The translations under genes were made by a program, and so were the position numbers. The notes under the pieces are model-generated. The model had not been told where the DNA came from. It saw only the letters and a program-made list of their open reading frames with translations, and did no database searches. Positions 40,886-52,120 of a DNA stretch of 64,000 nt are shown one piece after another. Numbering within the stretch: position 1 is the stretch's first letter; the number at the start of each line of letters is the position of its first letter. The stretch comes from Lama guanicoe (taxonomy: Eukaryota), in assembly GCA_013239625.1 (NCBI GenBank), contig MU054220.1, forward strand, positions 8,095,367-8,159,366. The letters are read 5' to 3'.

Positions 40886-41062
40886 AAGGAGGGAGAGAGA
40901 GAGAAAAGAAGAGATTAGAGGAGAGAAGACAAAAGAAAGCAGGGGGAGGGGGAGGGAAAGGGAGAGATAGAAGGAGGGAGGAAGGAGGGAAAGGTGGGGA
41001 AGGGAAGGATTGGAAGAGATGGGGGCTAAGGGAGACTGAGAGGGAGAGGAAAAAGAAGAAAC
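40876..41062. repeat. Polypurine GA-rich low-complexity tract
   Basis: Nearly pure A/G, directly following the L1 tail. Confidence 0.85.
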
Positions 41063-41695
41063 TCAATAAATGCACACAAAAAGAATATATTCTTTCAGTT
41101 ATGTTTTGCCGTTTTATTTTTTTTCCTTGCACAGACTCTGAAAGACAAACACTAGAATTGGTTAACATCATGAAACATATTCACAAGTAAGTATGGCCAA
41201 AGGTAAAGAGAAGCATTCTCCAAAACAGGCAAGAACGGTGAAGTATTGGTGGTCTTATATCCCCAAAGGTGCATATTAAATTCTTCCCCTAAAGATCACA
41301 ATAGATATTTCCATGCATCAGCCCCAGGTAGACAGTGGTTAGAGCAGAACTGACTACAAAATCCCACACCAGCGTTTCTCAAACACATTTCTATTTAAAA
41401 ATAACAATACTCACATAGGTAATACTATAAATTATAAGCTGTGACATGGAAAAGAAAGCCATAGAGAAAGACAGAGAAAAGAAAATTGATGTAGAATTCT
41501 CAGATCAAGACATTACACACACCACACCTACACATGTGCATGTATACATACATACATATATAGTTCCTATCTCAGAATTTCAAATATTATAGACAAACTT
41601 CTGGTAAAATGATGTTTCTACTTTGCCTTTGAGTAACTGAAAAATTTCCTAAAGAGAGGAAAAAATCCCTCTGGTAAAGCAATTCACAATCTAAG

Positions 41696-42273
41696 TGTTA
41701 GATGAGTGGGGACACCGGCAGATAGGTGGGGGAGAGGGAGGATGGTCCTGAAGATGACATTATGCCCTACTCCAGCATAAAGGGACTTTACTTCTTCTAA
41801 ATGCATGCCAGCAAGAAATAAAAAAAAAAAAAAAAAAAAAAAAGAAAGAAAGAAAGAAAGAAAGAAAGAAAACAGCCACACTGCTTGGTATTGAGAAGGA
41901 CTTGATCAGACAGGACCCAGAGCTCATTGTAATATAATTAGCATTGCAGTTTAGGCCCCCTACCCACTGAGTGTTTCTGTGTGCACCATGGGTAAGGACA
42001 TGTGCAAAGAGACCAAACATGACTAAGCATTCCAGGGACAAGAGCCATCAACCTATCAAAAGACCGCCTCTAAGCAAGAGGATAAGAGAAAGGGGAGACA
42101 AAAACAGCAACGTTTTTGCCCTTGGATCAGCCCCTCTCCCATTCTTGGAGGTGCACTTCTACTTTTCTTAATAAATCTTTAAAAATCTTTCGCTACACAA
42201 CACATTGTCTCCCGACTGTAAGCGTGTCTGTTGGGTATGACAAGAACTGGGGTCTTTACCTTTTGGGGTAACA
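41696..42273 (+). mobile_element. ERV1-like solo LTR with internal A23(GAAA)n
   Basis: TGTTA...TAACA termini, flanks taag / gaag, AATAAA at ~42170. Confidence 0.7.
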
Positions 42274-42683
42274 GAAGAAAGCCAAGAAAATTCCAGTGTC
42301 CACCATTAAGATTTCCGAGACAGGAAGAGGGGGTTCCCAACAAAGGTAGGTAAATGAAATTTTGAGATGCTTTACTTCTCAGAATGGCAACTCATTAATT
42401 GGTTAATGAAGGCTAATTAAATGGATTAATTATAGCTTTTCCATTTGTTTCTTATTTATCACTTTAGTTTACAAATCCCTAGTGGTATCAAATCTACTTT
42501 CCAAGCCACACACATTCTAGTAAAATGGAATGGCCTGTTTATGCATCTGCTATGATGTGGGCACCACCCCAGGGTTTTTCCATGGTGTTGGAAAAGTGCA
42601 TACAATTTTCTAAATGATTTGTACTTTGCTTCACCCCAGGTATTGAAAAATACAAAAGCTATTTGCAGAAGGATTGAGAGTAC

Positions 42684-42740
42684 CTGAGCTCTTCAGGTAT
42701 TTTCTTGTCTGAGGCTTGTTTTAAATTCAGGTCAGAAGAG
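42684..42740 (-). pseudogene. Candidate exon (57 nt)
   Basis: Acceptor tgctcttttcaattccaatattacactag, donor CAG|GTACTC. Reads SSDLNLKQASDKKIPEEL, phase 2 to 2. Confidence 0.45.
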
Positions 42741-42959
42741 CTAGTGTAATATTGGAATTGAAAAGAGCAACAGAGTTTTGACATTGTATATCTTGGCATA
42801 AACCTTGCCTCATTCACAGTATGAGATGTCATGAAACTCAACTCAGCATAACATAAAATCAAGTGGGTTAAAGTAGTTCAAACAGCAAACATCCAGGTGT
42901 CTCTGGTGTCCAGCATCTAGTAATGCAACGAGCTTTGACAGCAAAACATCATCGTGCCA

Positions 42960-43310
42960 ACATTCATTCAATATTTATTGTGCACCTGCTATGTGCCAAG
43001 GACTGTGTCAAGGACACAGAAACTAATAAAACATTTCTTATTCTCTAGGAGGGAATGATCTGACAACTAGCATTTACTGAAAAATCAGACACTGGCCTGA
43101 GCATTTTACATATTCTGTTTTTTAATCCTCACATTAACCTCATGAATTTGATAATATTATCATTTTACAAGTGGTAGAAACAGGAGCCCCAAATGTTGAT
43201 CAAATCTTCTAAGGTACTTAACCAGCAAGACCAGCAAGCGGCTGACAAATATTTGGGACAGAACTGCCTTCACCACAAAATCCAGGTGCTTTGAATTAGA
43301 ACATTTCCTC
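42960..43310. mobile_element. L2 end plus MIR
   Basis: cattcattcaatatttattgtgcacctgctatgtgccaag; ttaatcctcac...cattttacaagtggtagaaac. Confidence 0.7.
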
Positions 43311-43419
43311 TCCATCCACTGAAGCAGACAACTCAACATGGAAGGAAATCAGTTCATTGTGATGTGTACTTTATGCATAACTGTATACAAACTAAGTGAC
43401 AGTAAAAAGGAGGAGGGAG

Positions 43420-44400
43420 TGTCATTATGCCCGGAGCCTGCTTTTTAAGCATGGAGCGGGGTTTTAACGGGGCCTTTTGGGCCTTGAAGGACAGCCTTAC
43501 CTTTGCGGCCAGCCTGGCACGGCATGGCCACCCTCCGGGGCAAGCTGAACGTGATGCGGGCGGCAGTGACCTCGCTGGCTGCAGGGGGCACGTGCTCCAG
43601 GAGGCCGGCTACAGACACCCCACGGCCTGGCAGCGCTCGCCCGTCTGCCCGCTCCCGGCGGGACGCGGCGAGCACCTCCCCAGGGCCCGGGAGGGCAGGG
43701 GGCGCGGGCCGCGCGGCCGTGCGCATCCGGGGCAGCGCGCGGTACGTGCACGCCTGCGGCGCGGAGATGCGGGGAGGAGGGGCTCCAGCCGGACCGGTTC
43801 TTCTCCGGCCTGGCTGGCGGCCTGCGCGTCGTCCAGCCGCGTTACCCGCGCCTCCAGCCGCCCCCGGGATCGCGGACCGAAGTCGGGCTCGCCTGGACTT
43901 GGCCTCCGAGGTGATGGAGGTGATGCCCCCCTCCACTCCCGCCGGCGTCGGGGGCCCTTCCCTCCTCCCCGCGCCGCTGGCTGGAGGCTCCTGCCGCCCT
44001 TCCTTCACGCAGCTCGTCGGCCCGCCCGCAGCAGGTATTTTGGGGGTTCAGCAGCTCTGTGGCTGTGGCTAACGCACCGTGGGGAACATTCTGGAAAGGC
44101 TCCGCCCGGCCCTTTGAAGGCGTTTATCGGTCGCTTCCCCTCAGCCCGGACGGGGCGTGCCGCCCCCGGCTGTCTCGGCCTCCCTGCTCCCTAGTTCTGG
44201 TCCTGCTGGGCTGAGAGAGACGGCACCCTCCTCCCAGGGGACCGGGGGACTGGCACCGCGCTGGGGGCGAGGGACATCGGGCCCCTTCCGTGGGCAGGAG
44301 CGGAGCGGGGACCAGAGAGGCCGCAGAGATGCGTGAAGTGGCCTGAGACTGGTGCTGGTGATAAAAGATCCCCGACAGCCTGGCTTTTCTGACCACAGGT
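43420..44400. promoter_or_regulatory. CpG island / promoter
   Basis: About 1 kb of very GC- and CpG-rich sequence in an otherwise AT-rich, CpG-depleted window. It contains GC boxes (e.g. GGGGCGTGCCGCCCC at 44152-44166) and a CACGTG E-box at ~43589. Confidence 0.92.
43501..44100 (-). pseudogene. Candidate exon 1
   Basis: Strong donor AAAG|GTAAGG at 43501/43500. The 187-aa minus ORF (43445-44008) is preceded in frame by an ATG (MFPTVR*PQPQSC*TPK...) separated from it by TAG and TGA. The 5' end is approximate. Confidence 0.6.
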
Positions 44401-47400
44401 TTTTGATGAATGAAATAAATCATGTTGTACCCACACACACAACCAACCAACAAGACGAACAAAAACAGTATATTCCAGGAAAAAGGAGGTAGCTTATAAA
44501 AAGTATGACATATTTAAGGAAGCACACAGAATTTTCTTCATAAGAAGGAAGGAAAAAACAAGGATCATACTAGAAATATAGTTGGCGTCAGGCTTTGAAA
44601 GGCTTCATTGGCCGTTTTTAAAAAAATATTGACTTTTTTTCTGAAAGGAAATGAGGGAGTCAAGCTATGTTTTTAATATGGTGGAGACATAGACATACCA
44701 GAATTTATTAATATTTTATTAACAAATTTCTTTAAGCATACAATGATTGTTTCTCTTATAATGTTTTACAAATAGTTGTAAGGATTTTGACATCACTGAT
44801 GTTCACACAGTAAGAATACCTGAGGTGTACGTGTGGCAGGGGAACATTTGGTATCAAATGTTGGTGAAATAATTCACAAATATTGCACTTCACCTGCAAA
44901 AAGCCATGAAGTTTCCATTGTGGAAATGAGTGCAGTAATGTCTTTGTAGTTTCTGAGTTTTCAGTGAGAGATTAAAAGGAGATCATCGTACTTAGGAAAA
45001 AAAATAACTTCTCGTAGGGACAGATGTTTGGAAATCATTGTGCTCTTTTTTTCTTTCCTTTTCACAAGTTTAAAAAGGGTGTGTTGTATAATTGTCTACC
45101 TTTTGTGAATATAAGGATGAAAATAGAAGACGTCCTGCTTTATTTACTCTGCTGGGTTCCCCTTCTATAACAAAGCTGTTTATAAGACTTTAAATGAACC
45201 CTGATGCCACCAAGTGCTGTTTCTGAGCACTTTACTTGTTGTCCGAGCTCCCTGGAAGTGGTTTTCTGTCTTATTCCAAATGTGGGAATGGTGACACCTT
45301 AAACTCTAATTTATTTTATTTTCGCAGCTTTGTATCTGATGGTGCTCAAGTTTCTTCAGGTTTTTGTTCTCCTGATTTTATGTCCTCTCATTGATTTCAA
45401 GAACTATTGTTTCCAATTTTTCTGTTAATGTTTTCTAATTTTGGTCCACCTTGAAATTTGGTAATCAGGTCACTTACATTTGGAATGACATTTTAAAGGA
45501 TTTTTCAGAAAGAAAACGTGCGAATTCAGGAGAGTTTCTCCTTGTGTACTTGTGGGATAATGCATACTGGCTAATTGGTTGAGAGAGATGATGAAATGCA
45601 CGTATGCACATACGGATGCATGGGTGTGTGTGTGTGTGTATGTGCTCTGTGTGATACTCCACAGTTACCCCTTTCAGCTGAGTGATTCTTTAAGCGATGA
45701 CTTGGTAAACATTGAAAGCAGAGATTATGTTTACTTTGTGAAAAAATCGAATAAGAACTAGTGCCATTTTACATTTTTCTAATTTTCAGTTGTTTATTCA
45801 ATGCATACAAAAAGAACATATTAAAACAAATACTGTAACATAAGGCAACGTGTACTCAAGGTCAAATTGTGTGAGGTGAAGAAATATATGTAACAAAAAA
45901 GTCCATTTCTTGGCCCCATGCCTACCCTTATTTCTTAGCAACCACTGAATCTGAATCTTTGCAAATTTGATACATATCATTATTAAGTATATCAGCTGAA
46001 TGTGTTTTTAATGTAGGTCATATGTATGTTGTATATGAAAATGTAGTGTTTTGGGATCCCATCATACTGTCTGTCTCTGTAGAAGATAAAAGAATAAAAA
46101 CACTATTCCTTGCCAATTTTTCTTCTCCATTTACATTCTTATGCTCACCTTCTCAGTATTACTTTCTGCCTCCTCTTTATACCCAAAACTATGTTTCTTC
46201 CTAAGTACTTAGTCTGTACATTCAAATGTCCTGTGGCCATGTCTTACTACGTATCTGTTAGATACCTAAACTCCATATGCTCAAAGCATTATCTCCTTGA
46301 GATTTACACTTCCTAACTATAACATCCTAAGCATTTTACACATGAATATTGGCTAGTCAGTTAGATCTTGGACATCCATCTGTTGACTATTTCTTCCTCC
46401 ATGGAATTTATTTCTCTTGTGAAACTCAAATTCTCGGTAGTAATCAAGGCATTATTAGACATGGAAAGTTTAGAGACTTGCTTGGATCCCCTGATCCCTA
46501 TGAACAAAAGTAACTATAAAGAGTCACAATTTATTACATTTTGTCAAACTCTACAATGATGGAACGTTTTGAGCATCCAAACTGAGAAAGATTTGAGAGT
46601 GAAAATTTCTCTGGGACATCAAATATAAAGCAGGACTTTCCTGGGTAAACTGGGATGCATTGTCACCTAATTCTAAGATACTTGGTAAGGTACGTATCAT
46701 TGATGAAACAAGTATATCAGGTGGTAATAATTTCATTTTACTCTCAATTAATATCAAGCATCGATTCTAATTCTTTATGCATCCAGCTCTTTTACTTGTA
46801 GTGCAGTTTTTTTATTACTGTATTGTTTCCAAGTAGGCTTTCCTGCCACAAATGGAATGTGTGTTTATCTAAGTGACTCTTCTTTCCAACTCATCACACA
46901 AGTTATTTGTCAGTGTAAATAAGTGATTTGCTTTTTTTTGACATACAATTTATCCTTCTGGGTTTGGAGTAGCTAGATCAATTTCTTAATTGCTTCTGGT
47001 GATTCGATGCAATGTAGTTGCCAAGCTTGAATATATGAGGCCAGAAACCTTAGTATATTTAGAGAATAATGAGTAGAGCAATAATACTGGGTTGGAGCCC
47101 ATGAAGTGCAGTTTTGACAACATCGGTGATCCAGATTTCTTACGGCATCATTCCCATAATTGCAACTGGGGGTACCAAGCAATGTCCCTTCATTTCCATG
47201 GAGCATTAACTGAAAAAATATACCCTAGGATTCAGACTGGCAATGGTGTTCCTCACTGCCACTGTGCAAAATGCCATTGGTGAAGCATCCTTTTTTTTTC
47301 TGTAGCTCTTCCCACATAGACTATGGTCTCTGAAAATCTAATGAAATTACTTTTTTTTTTCCCCTCTTTATTTTCTCAGGCCTCCATTCATTGCACATAT

Positions 47401-50400
47401 TTTCAGAATTCATTCTTGTCTGACTCATCTATGGGAAGTGAGTGGGTCAATAAACTCGGAGGTTTAGACGCTCTTCTTTTTTTATTGCTTTCTTGATGGT
47501 TCTTATCCTCAGCCACACATGTTAAGTGACAGACAGTGACGGTCGAGGTAATAAGGGTCTCTTGATTCTAAACCGAAGTAAACAGACTGTCATGAAAAAG
47601 TATGGAATTGAATAGATGACAAACTAAATTCTCTCTGTGCAAGCAATTATTTCTAAACCTCAGATCTAATAATCTGCAATTTTGAAAGCTGCGGGGAAGT
47701 GCTTTGTTTGTGGCTCAGTCAATTTAAAACAGAAATCCACGTGATGATGCAGATAATAGCTGGGGTGGGGGAGGGAAGGAAATATTTCTTTGTACTGGAA
47801 AAATGACAGATACCTATTCTAATATTATTGGCTCTCAATTTATTACAACAGTAATACATTATGCAATCATCTATATCATTAAACAAGAGCATCCCTGACT
47901 AGTATGACCTTGTTTTTATACAGTAATGCAGTGGTACATGAATGAGCAAAATAATGTTCTTCAGGGAAAGGTAGATGAGTCCCATTTAGCAGATATTTGG
48001 TAAAATAATTTTGACTCTGCATAGGATTATGTCTCTTAAACATCGTATTTAATTGGAGCAGTATCTTTCAATTGATGAATGGCTTCATCTTTTTGAAAAT
48101 AGCTTTATGAGAATGGCACAGGAGAGAAGAAAGCCAATAATGCATAATAATTCTATTATACTCTATAATACTTCTAAGTGGAGACAGGTAAATATGTTTT
48201 GAAGAGCTATCATGAGCCAGAACTAAATATTTTATCCTTTTTAATCCTCAGCCAGTGAGATTGCTATTATTTTAGCTTCAGGAGAAATTAAGCTCAGAGT
48301 TATGAAATGCTTACTCAGGATGTCATGTTGGAAGACACAGAATCAAGATTCAAAAACATATCAGTCATATTCCAAAACCTGGATATATATTCGACTGGAT
48401 CATCTCCACCAACTGAATGATGTGACAGGTTGAATCCAAACCATGCTTCTAATATTACCAAAATTGCTGGGTATAGAATGTAGTCATCCACCATATAATT
48501 CTACCTACATAAGTTTATTAATGAAAGGGATTACTAAATGTCACAATATCAAAATTAAAATAATTATATTTGTGTACTTCACTTGAAATCCATTTAAGCA
48601 ATTAGTTGAAGATGTGCCAAGATTATGCAAACAGGTGAATGTTCACTATTCTTACTGTTTACCTTGGCTCCTTAAAATAGTGAATTTAAATTATTATTAT
48701 ATAAAATTAGAGAAGTCCAAAGCTAGAAGGGCTTTAAACGTGTACAAAATGTGCATTTTCTACATACATCGACACTCAAGGAAGTAAGATGACTTAATCA
48801 AGATTTGGTAGGAAGAAGGAAAATTTATTTTTAAAAAGTCTCATAATTGTTATTTGATATGAGGTAGAATCAAATTTTCTTAAACTCTAAAAACCTTCAG
48901 TGTCTACCTAAGTTAGGGAATTGATTTTGGATGACCAGAATGTTGCTTAACTTAATGATACACGTCTTATTAGAAAAATGCCTGCTATAAATTAGGTCTT
49001 TCTGCTTAAGTTTGAATTGCTGTAAATTGTCTAGTCCTTTCCAGTCAGTATTTTTATCTTTTTTTTTTCTCCTTGGGATATAACTGTAACTAGTAACTAT
49101 GATATAGAATTACATATTATATAATTACTATCTAGAATTAGAGAAAGTTTATTTTAAACATTTTGCAACTGAAAAGGCAAGATGAAGTTCGGCCAATGTT
49201 TATACCGCAAACTATAGTTACATGGAAACGTAAGTATTCAAATTTGGTAGAGACTACATCTAGTTTTGTGATGCTTGTATGCAAGACTACGATAACGTTC
49301 ACAGAATAGAAAGGGGCATTTATTTGCTAGGTAAATATATGTATGCTACACTGGAGACATAAGTTCTTCACATTTACCACTGAGGCAGAGAGCACTTTGA
49401 GTTACTGGGAAAACTGTATGGTTTCAGCCTTTCTTTCTAGAGTGAACTTTGTGTTTTTCTTCATGAAAGAGCGGAGCTACACCACAGAGAACCAATTCCA
49501 AAGAGAGTCGAGTAGGACAACACATAGTAACGGACTTACTATATGGCAAGTGTTCTTATAAGCCCTTTCTGTATCTATTAACTCATTTTAGCCTCCCAGC
49601 AATACTAGAAGAATGTATTTCTGTCACCCCATTTTATGGCTAAATAACTGAGGTATGCTGAGGTTAATAAGCTTGGTTTCCTTTACAGTTGCCCCATTGT
49701 TTTTCTTGAACATTTTAAAATCAATTCATTTTAAGTACCCCAACTCAATCTTTCCTGAGCGCTGTTTGCAAACAGAAAAGTTGCATATAACCTTCGCATT
49801 GCCTAGCTGTTTAAATATGTTTTGTAGATTAAACTGAAACTGACAGCAGATGGTGGTTGGAGAGAATCCAATGTTTTCCCTTCTCCTTCATGTAATCGCA
49901 GTTTTTACTATCCTCTCGTCATCCACTCATTTACCCTACCCATCAGAATAATTTTCCAAGAAGTTTAACTAATGAAGCTATTTTTACAAATAGGTACTTG
50001 GCATATGTCTCTATACATATAAAACAGATTTAAGTCACATATTTAAGTGACTGACCAACCCTTTCTGTTCTATGTGCTCATAAACGTCTCCACCGCTTTG
50101 CTCTTACCTTTATCATCCCTAGCTTTTGAGTGATGATTTAAAATGTGGACATCGATTATTAATGATTTCATTCTGTAAAGACTTTAAAAGTTACATGAAG
50201 CATTGCCTCTTTATTTCAGAAGAAAGGAAAAAGTTCTTAGCTAATGAGAAATTTTCTAAAGTTCAGATGATAATAAGGGGGAAAACAGGTGTCATTTTTC
50301 ATCTGGCAGTGTAAACACTCTTTACCGCCAGGAATGGTACAAAACCATGATCGGAGTTGCCAAAGGTAAGTGAAATTTCCCTTTCAAAACGCAGATGCTA

Positions 50401-51379
50401 AAAAATAAAAGTAGACAAACAAATAAATAAATACAATTTAGAAATTATTCTCTGAGATGATTTTTTACCAATTTTTAATCTGAAAATATGTTAATATATA
50501 AAAAATTTGGATAATTATTAGATATAAAAAGACTTTTTAATGAGAAAAATGAATGGGATTTTATCCTTAAATTTTAAATTGATAGTTTTAAAAAATTATG
50601 TATTTTAGTATATTGCAAAATGATGATGTGGATTATAAAACAACAGTCAAGTGATTGGATGCTAGGTAAAATTTAAGCTCCTGGTAAACAAAGAAAAAAG
50701 GTGTCATGATGTGACATTTGAATAATTATATACCATTTCATATAAGGACCTCATAATGCAGATTTGATTCCCCGCGAAATGAAATAAATGTTATACAATT
50801 TGGATTATGTGGTAAAATTTATTTTTTAAATCTACTTAACAAAATAAGTAACAGGCTGCATGAACTACTGTTTATTTTTTAAGACTATTTCACACTTCGT
50901 GATGCAGACCCTCTTTAGAAAATACTCTAGGTTTTTAAATTTAAAACATGTGAACAGAGGCGGTCACTGCAAATCAACAATCTTTACATTAGATAGTGTC
51001 TTAACTACTGCAAAGAATATTAGTTTTTTACCTTGGAAAGTGGGTAATATTGAATGACTTACAATATATTTATGTATTTTCACAATGCATCAGTTAACGA
51101 TTGCTCCCTAACAAACTGTCAACGGTCTACAGTTTATCCTTCATCCCTTAAATGGAGAGGGCCAAATGAAGGTCATGGATAGGGAGAGGTAAAAAAAATT
51201 GATGCCTGGGGTTGAATCCACTATAAAGGATAACAGCGAAATATTCAGGACAAATGGCTGGTATTGCCGGAAGTCCTCAAATTGTTGTGCATTTGTCATT
51301 ATGAGGATAAATAGAATTGATACAAAACAAAAGTAATTTTCGCCATGAAACTCAGATAGTTTTTAATGCGTAATCACAG

Positions 51380-52120
51380 GCGTGAGCAGATTGCATTCAG
51401 CTGTCGTGTCTCCTTAGGTTTCTCATAGTTGTGACCTTTCCTCAGACTTTTCTTGTTTTTGATGAACTTGACAATTTTAAGGAGCACTTACCAGATACTT
51501 TGTGGCATGCCCTTCAGTAAGTAGTTTTTCTGATCTTTTCTCATGACTACATTGGGGTTACGGATTTTTTGGTGGAAAGACTGCGGAGCTCAAATTTTCA
51601 TCACATGATGTCAAGGGTACATGCTGTCAACACGACTTAACACTGTTGATGTTGACCTTGATCATCTGGGTGAGGTAGTGTTTGTCAGAGTTCTCCCCTG
51701 TAAAGTTACGCAGTTTCCCCCTGTTTTATTTTTACCACTGAAGAATATTCTGAAGTTTGGATGTACCACTTTGTATATCCAGTCACCCACTGAAAGAAAA
51801 CTTAGTGGTTACCAGTTTGGGGAGATTTTGAAGAAAGCTGCTGTTATAAACATTCATGTGCAAGGTTTTATAAGGACGCACGTTTTCAAATCAGCTGTGT
51901 ATGTACCTAGAAGCACTGTTGCTGGATCATCCTGTGCTTAACATTGTAACAAATTGATAAATTGTCTTCCTAAGTGACTGTATGATGTTGCGTTCCCTGT
52001 CAAAATGAGCAAGAGTTCCTGTTGCTCCCCATTTTCACCAGCAGTTGTTACTGTCAAATTTTTGTTTTTTGTTTTTTGTTGTGTTTTAATTTTAGACATT
52101 CTGATTGGTGTATAGTGGTT
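51380..52120 (-). mobile_element. L1MC-like 3' fragment
   Basis: ttcctcagacttttcttgtttttgatgaacttgac...gatgttgaccttgatcatctgggtgaggtagtgtttgtcag. Confidence 0.75.

Larger units (their letters stand above)
723..44100 (-). pseudogene. Multi-exon decayed gene encoding RGS-like domains (RGS22/RGSL1-like architecture); probably continues beyond the left edge
   Basis: Series of minus-strand exons with AG/GT boundaries starting from a CpG island. Several lengths are multiples of 3 (57, 78, 123, 177, 69, 120 nt). The spliced translation has many in-frame stops but shows an RGS-like motif (16250-16290 joined to 12078-11750). Confidence 0.6.

Noticed and set aside
42741..42917. Longer exon 2 (DAGHQRHLDVCC...), with a resemblance to a short RGS22 peptide
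   Set aside because: The match is short, the acceptor is weaker and there are several stops. It is kept only as an alternative.
43427..44194. 255-aa and 189-aa plus-strand ORFs
   Set aside because: Low-complexity R/G/P/A translations expected from a stop-poor CpG island, with no recognisable domain.
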